DNA from: a virus
IMG/VR virus record: IMGVR_UViG_3300045120_000483
Location: 1-64,000 of that record
DNA: 64,000 nt
Strand: one strand, 5' to 3'
The position numbers were made by a program, and so were the translations under genes. Position 1 is the first letter of the stretch. The number at the start of each line of letters is the position of its first letter. A model generated the notes under the pieces. It was given only the letters and a program-made list of their open reading frames with translations, ran no database searches and was not told where the DNA came from. Positions 29,371-38,580 of the stretch are shown in pieces.

Positions 29371-29901
29371 TTAAACGCCGCCGGTCGGCTCATAACAGTA
29401 CACATCCCCTCCGGAATTTAGAAAAATCACACCATGACCGGTCGGATTTCCAATTGGATTTCCGTCCTTGTCTTTGGGAAGTCCAAGAGTGTCTTTTCGA
29501 AGTTTGTAATTCGGAACAATAAACTTTGAACCAACCTCCCGGTGTTGTCTTCCCAGGGGTTTATCGTCCCGCTTATCAGTGATAATAGCTACATAACAAA
29601 CTTGCTTTTCCGGAAAAGGGTCCTCTTCACTTGCAGTATAAGAACAATCAACGGTTTCATATGAATCAGCCCAATAAGCATCGGCCTCTCCACAACAGGA
29701 GACCCGGGGTTGATCCGGCATTTTCAATTCTCTGATCCACATCTTTTCTTCCAGACTAAGTTCTATATCAGACCATTGAATTCGGCTACCATCAATCACA
29801 GAAAACTCTCTGGCCTGTGACTGTTTGACGCAGTATAATCCGGCCGCAAATAGCAAAGCTGCTGCTACCAGACCAGTGACTAATTTTCTCTTGTTACTCA
29901 T
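29371..29901 (-). CDS. Secreted Cys-containing protein
   Basis: N-terminal signal/TM; SCCGEADAYWAD, GNPTGHGVIF, YCY. Confidence 0.7.
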   Translation of the reverse strand: MSNKRKLVTGLVAAALLFAAGLYCVKQSQAREFSVIDGSRIQWSDIELSLEEKMWIRELKMPDQPRVSCCGEADAYWADSYETVDCSYTASEEDPFPEKQVCYVAIITDKRDDKPLGRQHREVGSKFIVPNYKLRKDTLGLPKDKDGNPIGNPTGHGVIFLNSGGDVYCYEPTGGV

Positions 29902-29996
29902 CGCTTGTTTGCCCTTCTCTTACGCGCCGCTTTGCGCTTACCTGATCCAATTTTACGTCTGCCGGTTCTTGGCCGATTTTTATGGGGATGTGGAAT
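29898..29996 (-). CDS. Arg/Lys-rich 32-aa peptide with ATT start
   Basis: (I)PHPHKNRPRTGRRKIGSGKRKAARKRRANKR; GGAGG 5 nt upstream; stop overlaps next ATG. Confidence 0.5.
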   Translation of the reverse strand: MPHPHKNRPRTGRRKIGSGKRKAARKRRANKR

Positions 29997-30218
29997 TTAA
30001 TCCTCCTCTGGTTGGTACCCAACTAAGTTACATACCTGTTCAATAAAGCCATAAGCATTTTCGATTACCTTATCAGTTTGATATACCGCTTCCTCACAAG
30101 AAATGCGATTGTCTTTAATAAACTTTTGACAGAGGGTAAAAAGCGCCTCTTTTCGTTCATAAAGAGAAAGAGTTTCAAACTGATAAGACATTATGCATCC
30201 TGACCCGAAGGAATACAC
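29997..30218 (-). CDS. Hypothetical
   Basis: ORF in operon. Confidence 0.6.
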   Translation of the reverse strand: MYSFGSGCIMSYQFETLSLYERKEALFTLCQKFIKDNRISCEEAVYQTDKVIENAYGFIEQVCNLVGYQPEED

Positions 30219-30704
30219 TGAATGGCGATCTCAACACGGTTCGCATCGGGATGGTACTCAAGCTCTTCCTTCAGAATTTCATTAGCCTCTTCAGTGACCT
30301 TTTTTTCATTCTGAATATAGAAAGTAGCACAGGCCGCTTCAGTATCAAACTTCTTACCGGGGACAGTCTCTGTCTCAGACACCATCCCCCCAACGATAAC
30401 AGAAATAACCAGGGCAATCATCCACATGGTTTTAATCCTTTCTTTCGGTACATTCCTTGCGGACCTTTTCCGGTAGAATAGTAGCTCCGGGATGCTCTTC
30501 CTTCTCTTGTTCAACAATAATAAGAACATCAGCATCAATTGCACTTTTATTGACCTCAAGCCACTTGAGACATTCGGCTTGTGTATCAAAACGGGCTGAA
30601 TGTGTTAGGATTTCTTCAACCCCGGTTACTTGTCGTCCGGGGAGGGTAGTTTCTTGCATGGTAATAACCAGTACAAGAATGGGAGCCCAACTAAAAAGTC
30701 TCAT
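30191..30704 (-). CDS. Two paralogous small exported proteins (30191-30427 and 30432-30704)
   Basis: Hydrophobic N-termini; FDT(E/Q)A(A/E)C motif and a second C-terminal Cys. Confidence 0.6.
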
Positions 30705-30716
30705 TTGTTTAATCCT

Positions 30717-31223
30717 CTATATTTTGGGTGATCTTCTAGGAATGATACGGACATTGATCTCCATATCTTCCGTCACAACGGGTTCAAGTTTGGCTAATCT
30801 TTTTTCTTCCTTTTTCTGAAGGTGTGCCAAAGCCACCCCCCGGAAGTATTCTTCGGCTCTTATCTTCCAATCCTGGAAGCGAAACTGCAATTCAGTAATA
30901 TCACCTTCCCCATATCTCATAGCCAAGTCTTCGACCCGCCGCCAGCGAATTTTCTTGGTGGTGTTTCGCTCAATATTCTTGTATTCATGACCTCTCAAAA
31001 ATCCATAGGCGATATTGGTCACCCGGGCTTCATTGCGAACATCCCAAATACGATGCCACTGAAGACCCTTGAAAATGGCCTCTTGTTTTTCCGCAATCTT
31101 ACTCTTGCCTTTGGCGGCAGATTCCATTGAAGCCTTCAGCATCTTAATCTCATCCTTTCGGATCAGTTTAGCTTCGGCAGTAAGGCTTACCGCCTTTATT
31201 TTAAGGTATTGCTTGTAGGGCAT
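30717..31223 (-). CDS. Conserved phage hypothetical
   Basis: LKIK..SL.AEA..IR..HR..VR.EAR...AYGFLRG. Confidence 0.65.
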   Translation of the reverse strand: MPYKQYLKIKAVSLTAEAKLIRKDEIKMLKASMESAAKGKSKIAEKQEAIFKGLQWHRIWDVRNEARVTNIAYGFLRGHEYKNIERNTTKKIRWRRVEDLAMRYGEGDITELQFRFQDWKIRAEEYFRGVALAHLQKKEEKRLAKLEPVVTEDMEINVRIIPRRSPKI

Positions 31224-31226
31224 AAA

Positions 31227-31580
31227 TCAAATCTCCATCGCAATTCCATAAATCGCACTCAAATAGTTAAAAAGCTCCATCCGGGGTTCAGGTCCCGTGA
31301 CCTTTTCTTCAGATTTAGATGTTCGTTTATGGGTCAGGGTAAAAATCTGTTCATTGATCTTCTCCCGCCAAAATAGAATATGGTCAGGATGCCTTATGTT
31401 GGAGTAATCCAACAAACAAGCCGCATGAACACAGAAGCTTTCGACCAAACAATTCAATTGAGCCTGTGTCGTTCCAAGCGGCTGAGGTTGATTAAGCCAG
31501 TAATACAACTGAAGTAGCATGGTCTTTTCATAATCTAGGTGCTCTTTAATCTTCGCCTCATAATCCAGATAATCAATCAT
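31227..31580 (-). CDS. Hypothetical (possibly HEPN-like)
   Basis: ESFCVH..L.DY pattern; TTGACA-17-TATATT promoter upstream at 31925-31953. Confidence 0.45.
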   Translation of the reverse strand: MIDYLDYEAKIKEHLDYEKTMLLQLYYWLNQPQPLGTTQAQLNCLVESFCVHAACLLDYSNIRHPDHILFWREKINEQIFTLTHKRTSKSEEKVTGPEPRMELFNYLSAIYGIAMEI

Positions 31581-31581
31581 T

Positions 31582-31996
31582 TCAAACCTTTCCTAAAACA
31601 TGCTTTCGGTGAATTCGGGCTCCGACATAATTGTTATAATACAGGGCCGGGTTTAGCAGAACATCGGCTTCCATCTGAGCCTTAAGTTCATAGTATGTTG
31701 CGACGGCGGGTGTCTCACAAAAACGCAGGATTTCCCGCTTGAAATGCTCTTTTCCCAGGCTAGCAATATCCTTGGCTAACTCCTTTGAAGAGCCATAATA
31801 ATCTTCCCAGTCAGATTTCTTCACTATAGTTCGTTTATATCGGCTGTTTTTTACAGGTTTTTTTCTAGTAAAGAATAGCTTTTTTTTTTCCTACGTACTT
31901 CTTCCCGTTTATTGTATTTGTAATAATATACACGAAAGCCTTATAATTGTCAAGCCCGTTTTCACCTAAAGGAAGACCTTTATAAGTCCAAGTCAT
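31582..31996 (-). pseudogene. denA: GIY-YIG endonuclease II (DenA-like), split at an A10 run
   Basis: FVYIITN..KYVGKK then SDWEDYYGSS..FKREIL..YYN; removing one A at 31880-31889 restores one ORF. Confidence 0.75.
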
Positions 31997-32086
31997 AAAA
32001 TCCTCTCCGCTATAAATACCCTTATCAGTCGCGGTGTTCAGACCCACTGATTCTAGTTTAACCGCTTTTAAGGGAAAACCAGCTAC

Positions 32087-32734
32087 ATGGATATTTATTG
32101 CGTCTATCTTACGATCTACTCCGGAAACCTCCTACCCCCATTTTACATAGGATTTTCAAAACTTGAAAATATAGCCAAAGGATATCATGGTTCAGTAGTA
32201 TCAAAACGTTATCGGGACATCTGGGAAAAGGAACTAATCAAACACCCAGAACATTTCAAAAGTATCATTTTAACAACTCATCCAACCCGTAGAGCAGCCA
32301 ATGAAAGGGAATCTAGTTTTCAAAAATCCCTCAACGCTGCCAGGAACCCTCTTTACACAAATAGAGCCCATGGAGCACGCTTCTTTAATACTAAAGGTTA
32401 TAAAATGTCTGAAGAGACACGAAAAGTTTATCGAAAACCTAAATCAGCCGACCATAGAGCCAACATTAGTAAAGGGAGGATGGGGATCAAATTTTCCAAA
32501 AAACAAATTGAAAAAATTAGAGAAGCGGTTCGACATCAAGTTCATACAGATGAATCCAGACGAAAGCGTCGTCAAATCATGTCACAATTAAAATGGTGGA
32601 ACAACGGTTCAATATGTAAAAGGGCACAACAACCCCCAGATGATACTTGGCAAACAGGTAGGATAAAATGGAAAAAACCCAAAACATCTAACTATCTCAC
32701 ACCTTCATTTCTCCAATATCTCCCTAAAAACTAA
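32087..32734 (+). mobile_element. Seg-like GIY-YIG homing endonuclease
   Basis: YCVYLT..FYIG, GYHGS, NUMOD3-like repeats, KWWNNG; own TATAAATA at 32011. Confidence 0.8.
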
Positions 32735-32943
32735 TCCAACAGTTTATCATCCATGAACATGGCGGCGATATAACCAAAGACCCAAATAAGAGCCAATAGA
32801 ATAAGAACCGTCTGTAGGATATGAGTAGCAGTGCTATCGGCTCTTGTCAGAAATTCAATAATCTCAGTCATAGTTTCCAAACTTTCCAAAAAACGAAACC
32901 GACAAAAAACAAAAATGGTACAGAGAATATAAGACCGGCGGCG

Positions 32944-33126
32944 TCACCCATTACCCCACTCTCCATTATCTAGAACCAAAATGATCGACAGAAACAACAC
33001 CCGAAGGTACCAGATGTGTAAATAGGGGTCTGTTTCAGTCGGCTTTTGGTGGTGCCCCCGAAACCCCCACGCAAACGGGTTCAGGTCCACACTTAGCTTC
33101 AGATTGCTGTACCTGAGATATCTCAT
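32944..33126 (-). CDS. Small membrane protein
   Basis: Hydrophobic C-terminus. Confidence 0.5.
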   Translation of the reverse strand: MRYLRYSNLKLSVDLNPFAWGFRGHHQKPTETDPYLHIWYLRVLFLSIILVLDNGEWGNG

Positions 33127-33332
33127 TAATAACCGCCGCCACTATCCTTGCATCTTCTTCTTCAAGAAATTTCTCATTGAATTCATCTATCAACTTATCA
33201 CACGTAGCAGCATTAGTAGCATTAGTAGCATTGAAACAAATCTCCTCTATCAAAGCCTTACTGATTTCCTCAATAATGTCTTGAGATATCTCATTCAATT
33301 CTCTCTTACGTTTCGTACTCTTTTTCATTTGA

Positions 33333-33737
33333 TCACCACTTGGTGTGCATCCAGCAATCTACCCAAAACGGTAGTTTCTGGTTTCGGGCGAAGGCCACAA
33401 ACCCCCTGATATTAGCGGCGCGGGGGTCATGTTTATCAATTGCATCTTTCATTGATTTACCGGTTGTCCAAACATCATCAACGAAGAGAACTGTAGTCGA
33501 AAAGGGAGTTTTATATTTCTCAAAAGCTCTAGCTAATTTCTCCCCTCCGGTCGGAACACCATAAACTGAATTGAATGGCACTAGCTGAGGACCACAAATA
33601 TCAGCAATGGTTTGCCAATCTTCATCAGTCATGGCATCACATTCAATCTTCCAAGTCAGATAGATACCAGCCGCCGAAACAAATGATTTCTTTTTAAAAA
33701 GCGCCAAATCCGGAGCCGGGTAATCATTATTAAACAT
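33333..33737 (-). CDS. Type I phosphoribosyltransferase-like
   Basis: GVPTGG and LFVDDVWTTGKSM PRPP loop; start uncertain (frame open to 33800). Confidence 0.8.
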   Translation of the reverse strand: MFNNDYPAPDLALFKKKSFVSAAGIYLTWKIECDAMTDEDWQTIADICGPQLVPFNSVYGVPTGGEKLARAFEKYKTPFSTTVLFVDDVWTTGKSMKDAIDKHDPRAANIRGFVAFARNQKLPFWVDCWMHTKW

Positions 33738-33766
33738 CTTCAATACACGCTTTCCATAATCACTGG

Positions 33767-35731
33767 TCAAAGAATTTCGCAGCCGCCTGAGGCGGAACAA
33801 GCCAATTCCTGGCTACCCACAGTCATATCGTTTTTCTCATATTCAGAGAGACGGCTCCAGTCAATTTGGGGGGTCTTCGCACACCATTTTTCATAATCTT
33901 CTTCACTAACCTCCTGGAACGGGGCCTGTTGATAAACATGATCCGAATAGGGGAGGAAGGAGACCCCACTCATCCATTCGAAATGATCATAAACCCAGGC
34001 ACCTACAGTAAACCACTCATCTTCCTTAACTGAGACAGTAATGGAGGGCTTATGATCGGTCCAATACTTCTGATACATCAACCACAAATTAAGTTGATCT
34101 AGGGCGGTGGCATCCGCCCGGATTAATGCATCCTTCGGGCTCTTAAGCGGAAACGAAAATACGTCCACATCATTGGGCCTCATCACATCCGTTTCATGGT
34201 AAAGACCCTGATCCTTTAGCATCTGCCCCAGAGGGTCTTTTTTGTCTGATCGGGCCGTTCGAATATAGTATGGTGAATGTCTCCGATGCAAGCCACTGGC
34301 TGAGTTGACCAGGGCTGAAACGGTGCCGCTAGGCTTGACACACGTCGAAGCTGTTGAAACTGGAATGCCAAGAATATTGGCCATTTCCATATTAGTTATG
34401 ATAACTTTTTTCCGAATTGTTGTCAAGGCATTTTTTAGAGGTTCTTCCCCCATTTGACCGGATAAAAGAGCATTATCACAAGGCCCGGTTAGAGAGACGC
34501 CCAGAAGTCTTTCATCTTCGGTATTATTTTTCCATTTCTTGGAAAGAAATTTGAAGTCAGTCAGGGTCGATTGGAAAGTCCCCAAAATAGCAGCAAGTCG
34601 GGCTTTTCGAATAAGATCATCAACGGTGTCCGTCGAACGCACCACAATTTCTGTCAGATTACAGACTTGATCCTTCCTGAGAATAATCTCTGAACAGGGA
34701 TTACACCCCCACTCATAATCAACCTCCCGGTATCGAACGTCCGGATGATCCCCAAAATGTGTCTTTCGAAAAGCATTAGAATTATCAATAACATGCTTAC
34801 AAGCGGCTCTAGAGAAAATCCCTCTTTCTCCCGACTTGGATTCATATAAAGAATGCCACTCCGCCATGAACGTGCCCATGGCGGGCTTCTTATCAGTATA
34901 GACCGCAGAATTATTTGAATTTGACAAATACGGCTTTAATAGCCACCACTGGCCGTTTTTGGCCCCCCTCATTCGATCATCCGACAAATTACTTAGAGAG
35001 ATCAAGGCACTACGGCGAACGCCCCCGACGACAACACATTCCCCGATGAAACAAGCAATCTCATGACAATCCAGGGATGATAATTTCTGACCCTTATTGG
35101 CCTCAAAAACCGAAACAATAAACTTGAAAAGACGGTTCAGGGGTTCGGGACCGGCGGACCTTCCCCCAAAGGTCTTCAGGATCGCTCCGGAAGGCCGTAG
35201 CTTGCTCAAATCCCACTTGGGTATCAAACCAGTGTAGAGCAGGGAAATCAACTCATTGAGCCCCGCTGCCCATCCCAACTTAGAATCCTTTACAACGATT
35301 GTAGTATCAGTAGGATGCAACTCATCCGGGACCTCCGGAAGCTTGTTGGTATATTGTCGCTCCACCGAAAATCCCACCCCGGTGCCATTCATGAGAATAT
35401 AAAGTTCTTCCCCAAAAGCCTTGGGGTTATCGATGGCCAAATAAGAGCAGTTGAAACCCGCCATGTTCTCCTTAGCCAGGGCAGGACCGGCCGTCATGAC
35501 CGCTCTCATCGATGGCATTACTTCCAGATTGAGAACTGCGGTCTCTAGCTCCTTTCGCAATTCCTTCGGAAGTTTATAATTACATTTTTCCTTCAAATGG
35601 GTAGTGAAAAAATCAAAATATCGGGCGACTGTTTCGGGCCACAACTCCCTTCGATTTTCTTCCGGTAGAAACCGGCTATAACGGGAAATATAGATATATT
35701 GTTGAAATTGTGTTGAATTACTAGGTAGCAT
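33767..35731 (-). CDS. nrdJ: Class II (B12-dependent) ribonucleotide reductase
   Basis: FNCS, GTGVGF, VRRSALISL, NPCSEI, CNLTE, TCVKPSGT, C-terminal C....C. Confidence 0.93.
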   Translation of the reverse strand: MLPSNSTQFQQYIYISRYSRFLPEENRRELWPETVARYFDFFTTHLKEKCNYKLPKELRKELETAVLNLEVMPSMRAVMTAGPALAKENMAGFNCSYLAIDNPKAFGEELYILMNGTGVGFSVERQYTNKLPEVPDELHPTDTTIVVKDSKLGWAAGLNELISLLYTGLIPKWDLSKLRPSGAILKTFGGRSAGPEPLNRLFKFIVSVFEANKGQKLSSLDCHEIACFIGECVVVGGVRRSALISLSNLSDDRMRGAKNGQWWLLKPYLSNSNNSAVYTDKKPAMGTFMAEWHSLYESKSGERGIFSRAACKHVIDNSNAFRKTHFGDHPDVRYREVDYEWGCNPCSEIILRKDQVCNLTEIVVRSTDTVDDLIRKARLAAILGTFQSTLTDFKFLSKKWKNNTEDERLLGVSLTGPCDNALLSGQMGEEPLKNALTTIRKKVIITNMEMANILGIPVSTASTCVKPSGTVSALVNSASGLHRRHSPYYIRTARSDKKDPLGQMLKDQGLYHETDVMRPNDVDVFSFPLKSPKDALIRADATALDQLNLWLMYQKYWTDHKPSITVSVKEDEWFTVGAWVYDHFEWMSGVSFLPYSDHVYQQAPFQEVSEEDYEKWCAKTPQIDWSRLSEYEKNDMTVGSQELACSASGGCEIL

Positions 35732-35740
35732 TTTTACTCC

Positions 35741-35769
35741 AAAAAATAAGGGAAGCCCGATGGCTCCCC
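35741..35769 (-). terminator. Hairpin plus U-run directly before the nrdJ SD
   Basis: (-) GGGGAGCC-atcg-GGCTTCCC-TTATTTTTT-GGAG; CTAAATA upstream at 35800-35806. Confidence 0.55.
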
Positions 35770-35988
35770 GGAACTGTTTAAACTGATTTGTTGTGAGGAT
35801 ATTTAGTTAAATCGCTATTCAGTTCTCTCCCGCCATGAACACTGTTCCGATGCTAAGAAAATATAAAAACATTGTCCCGGCCATCCAGGGTTTTCCATCA
35901 AAAAAGAAAGATATGGCCGAACCCAGATAACCAATGGACGCCCAAGTCATGAAGAATTGGGTGGGGGAAATTTGAAATCCCAGAATTA

Positions 35989-36588
35989 TCATCCATCCGC
36001 CCATCTTTGTCCGGTAACTTCATAAGGATCAGTCACCAAGTCTTTACCAACAGTTGAATCATTTCCAAAGAATTCAGGTTTCTTTCCTTCCCGAATCTCA
36101 TTGGGCATTGGTAGCATTGATAGACCCGGAAGCATCCAATCATATCTGACAAGTGTCGGAACCGACACCTCAAAATAACCATCAATGAATTTAAAAGCTT
36201 CCGACCAACTATCAAAAATCTTCGTAGAATGATACTTCAGCCAGGGTGATAAATGAGAACTAGGAATATCAGAATTATTCACAATGACAACAAGCTTCCC
36301 CATTTGATGACCCAACATTGCTTCCATGGGGGTGCCGTTGGAATTCTTGAAATAATTCAGAAGAATAAAGTCACTTCGGGCAATATCTACCTTATCCAGT
36401 TCAACAATCTCTTTCCAGCGGGGGTCGGCATCGGCATAATACCGTCGAACTGGATCAAGGTAGTCATATTCTGTAAAAGAACCCTTGATATAGGTTCTCC
36501 AATTGCTCATTTCCTCTTTGGAACATTGGGCTATGGGACCGCTCAGATAGCCAACATATCTTTTCATAGTGCTATTTCCTTTTGTCAT
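35989..36588 (-). CDS. Nucleoside 2-deoxyribosyltransferase-like (Rcl/DNPH1-type)
   Basis: YLSGPI, D..DI..SD, S.GT.ME, SPWL. Confidence 0.8.
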   Translation of the reverse strand: MTKGNSTMKRYVGYLSGPIAQCSKEEMSNWRTYIKGSFTEYDYLDPVRRYYADADPRWKEIVELDKVDIARSDFILLNYFKNSNGTPMEAMLGHQMGKLVVIVNNSDIPSSHLSPWLKYHSTKIFDSWSEAFKFIDGYFEVSVPTLVRYDWMLPGLSMLPMPNEIREGKKPEFFGNDSTVGKDLVTDPYEVTGQRWADG

Positions 36589-36784
36589 AACGTTTCACAT
36601 TACCACTTGAATCAACACAAAACCAACCCGCCTGGATACGATAGACATCCAAGCCATAACTTTGACAAATCTCTTCTTGTTCTTTTTGTACCTTATTGTA
36701 ATAATAATATGATGCTATTAACACCCCCGCCACTATGGAGACAAGGAAAACAACAAAAACCCCAATTAACCACTCAATTTTCAT
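36572..36784 (-). CDS. Small membrane-anchored protein
   Basis: N-terminal TM, two Cys. Confidence 0.55.
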   Translation of the reverse strand: MKIEWLIGVFVVFLVSIVAGVLIASYYYYNKVQKEQEEICQSYGLDVYRIQAGWFCVDSSGNVKRYDKRK

Positions 36785-37827
36785 AGCCCGATCATCTTTC
36801 TGTGTTGACGCCAGCCGATAAAGTTACCATGGTCTCTAAGGTTCATCCATTTTCCTACATTCATAGAAAATCCTTTACCTTTAAAATCAGGAGTAGCCTG
36901 ATGTTCACAAGGAGATGCATGGGCTGGTTTCGAAACAATCAATTTATCATATAGATCAATGTCTTTCGCAATGACCGGGGGCTTTGCATCATGAGTTAAG
37001 TAGGAAACTCTTGCACACCTAGCCACTGAGCACTTGATTGCTTTCTTAACATATTCCCTTTCAATTATAACACCCCTATCATCAACTTTCGTTATAACCT
37101 TTCCATCATCAAAACAAGGAAACGGGATTGTCATTAGAATATCTTTTCGATCTTGTTCAGAAATATATGGTAGATGCCATTCCCCATCCTTCAAAAGATT
37201 AGGCGTGCTTTCCGCCATGGCTTTCTTCATCGCTTGAGCCAGGACCATAATCTCCGGTTGGGCATCGGAATGATCTCTAAGCTCAAAAAAGTTAGACCAC
37301 TCCGTTGCAGTCACCACCACATTTATGTGGCAAAACGGTTCCAATAACCGATTGACAATCTGCTTATGATATCCCGCTTCATAAAAACGCTTAGCCCATT
37401 TAACAGCTTCATCCCTAGCTTTCTTCCAAGCCTCTTCTCTTGATATATTAAACGGAAGTGAATAAGCGCCATGATAGTTTTGATAAGGATTATAACCACC
37501 CAACACCCCGGCGTCACACTCTTCCCGGGCCTGCATACCGGGTTGGTTCTTACCCCAAAATAGGGGCATAGCAGTATCTTCCATAACATCCTTGATCAGA
37601 CGTTCCACCGGTATCGCCCTTGAAGAAGATGCATTTCTTGATAGATTTCGATCATACATCACCCCATCAGCAATTTGTTGGACCACAATCTCTTCCGGTG
37701 TGCTACTAAGGATACGATGAGTAAGTTCCTCCGCATGAATAAAACGGGGGTACCTAAGCTGCATAGTAGTTAATCGTACACCAGCTTCAGAGATAGAATC
37801 ACAAATGATTTTAGCTGTTATTGTCAT
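36781..37827 (-). CDS. thyX: Flavin-dependent thymidylate synthase (phage type)
   Basis: YPRFIHAE..THR, SRNASSSRAIP, HKQIVNRLLEPF, LRDHSDAQPEI, SVARCARVSY. Confidence 0.85.
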   Translation of the reverse strand: MTITAKIICDSISEAGVRLTTMQLRYPRFIHAEELTHRILSSTPEEIVVQQIADGVMYDRNLSRNASSSRAIPVERLIKDVMEDTAMPLFWGKNQPGMQAREECDAGVLGGYNPYQNYHGAYSLPFNISREEAWKKARDEAVKWAKRFYEAGYHKQIVNRLLEPFCHINVVVTATEWSNFFELRDHSDAQPEIMVLAQAMKKAMAESTPNLLKDGEWHLPYISEQDRKDILMTIPFPCFDDGKVITKVDDRGVIIEREYVKKAIKCSVARCARVSYLTHDAKPPVIAKDIDLYDKLIVSKPAHASPCEHQATPDFKGKGFSMNVGKWMNLRDHGNFIGWRQHRKMIGL

Positions 37828-38024
37828 GATTTATACCATGGTTGATCTGGACAAATACTCTGGTGAGCTACATGTTCTGGAACGAAGGTTGTTGTTATAA
37901 GAGGATAATAAAAAACTCTATATAACCATCCATTCGGAACCTTTAAACGCTTTGTTTCAAAATACTTTTCTCCGGTATAAACCGATTCCCATTTTTCCGG
38001 CTTATCTACGCTTCCGACCGTCAT
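37824..38024 (-). CDS. Hypothetical
   Basis: T.RLKVPNGWLY motif. Confidence 0.6.
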   Translation of the reverse strand: MTVGSVDKPEKWESVYTGEKYFETKRLKVPNGWLYRVFYYPLITTTFVPEHVAHQSICPDQPWYKS

Positions 38025-38572
38025 ATTCCTAGGTCCTTTATGATGTCTTCATAACTGTTGATTTGCTTATAGGGGAGCCCGTACCACTCCAGAAAATACA
38101 GACAGGAAACGTCAATGGCTTCCGCTTCAACTTTATTCTGAATCCGCCCCTTCTGAATATACTCTCTATCCCCTCTATGAAGATAATAGTTGATGTTATC
38201 GTATTGAATGAAGGTTCGATAGCAGAAATCCTCAAAAGCGGAATTCCAGCGTTCCCGATCAACCTTAAAATGCTTCGAAGCAGTCCGGAGATATACTGCC
38301 GTCAATAGGATTGGGGAATCCGTTACAATGTAATCCAAACCTTTATCAATCATGGAGTAAAGACGACGGTTTTGTTCGGAAAATATCTTAACCTGATCAT
38401 CCAGGGGGTCTTTGGGGTCCAGAGGAGGGTAGGACTGCCAATTCAACTCATCAGCTACCTCCGGAGTAAGTTTAACATTCATCCTCTTGGATTTCATGTG
38501 ACCATAAAGCTGAATGGAATTGGTCGTTTTTCCGGCGGACGGACCCGCAAAGATATTAATTACTTTCGTCAT
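38021..38572 (-). CDS. P-loop kinase (NadR/AAA_28-like)
   Basis: GPSAGKTT, IVTDSP, GR.Q..EA. Confidence 0.8.
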   Translation of the reverse strand: MTKVINIFAGPSAGKTTNSIQLYGHMKSKRMNVKLTPEVADELNWQSYPPLDPKDPLDDQVKIFSEQNRRLYSMIDKGLDYIVTDSPILLTAVYLRTASKHFKVDRERWNSAFEDFCYRTFIQYDNINYYLHRGDREYIQKGRIQNKVEAEAIDVSCLYFLEWYGLPYKQINSYEDIIKDLGI

Positions 38573-38580
38573 AAATTTTT

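Noticed and set aside
33204-33232. 9-bp tandem repeat (NAT-NAT-NAA)
   Set aside because: Short in-frame slippage repeat in a hypothetical gene; no evidence of function
35732-35815. Cobalamin riboswitch
   Set aside because: Leader is too short and lacks a B12 box
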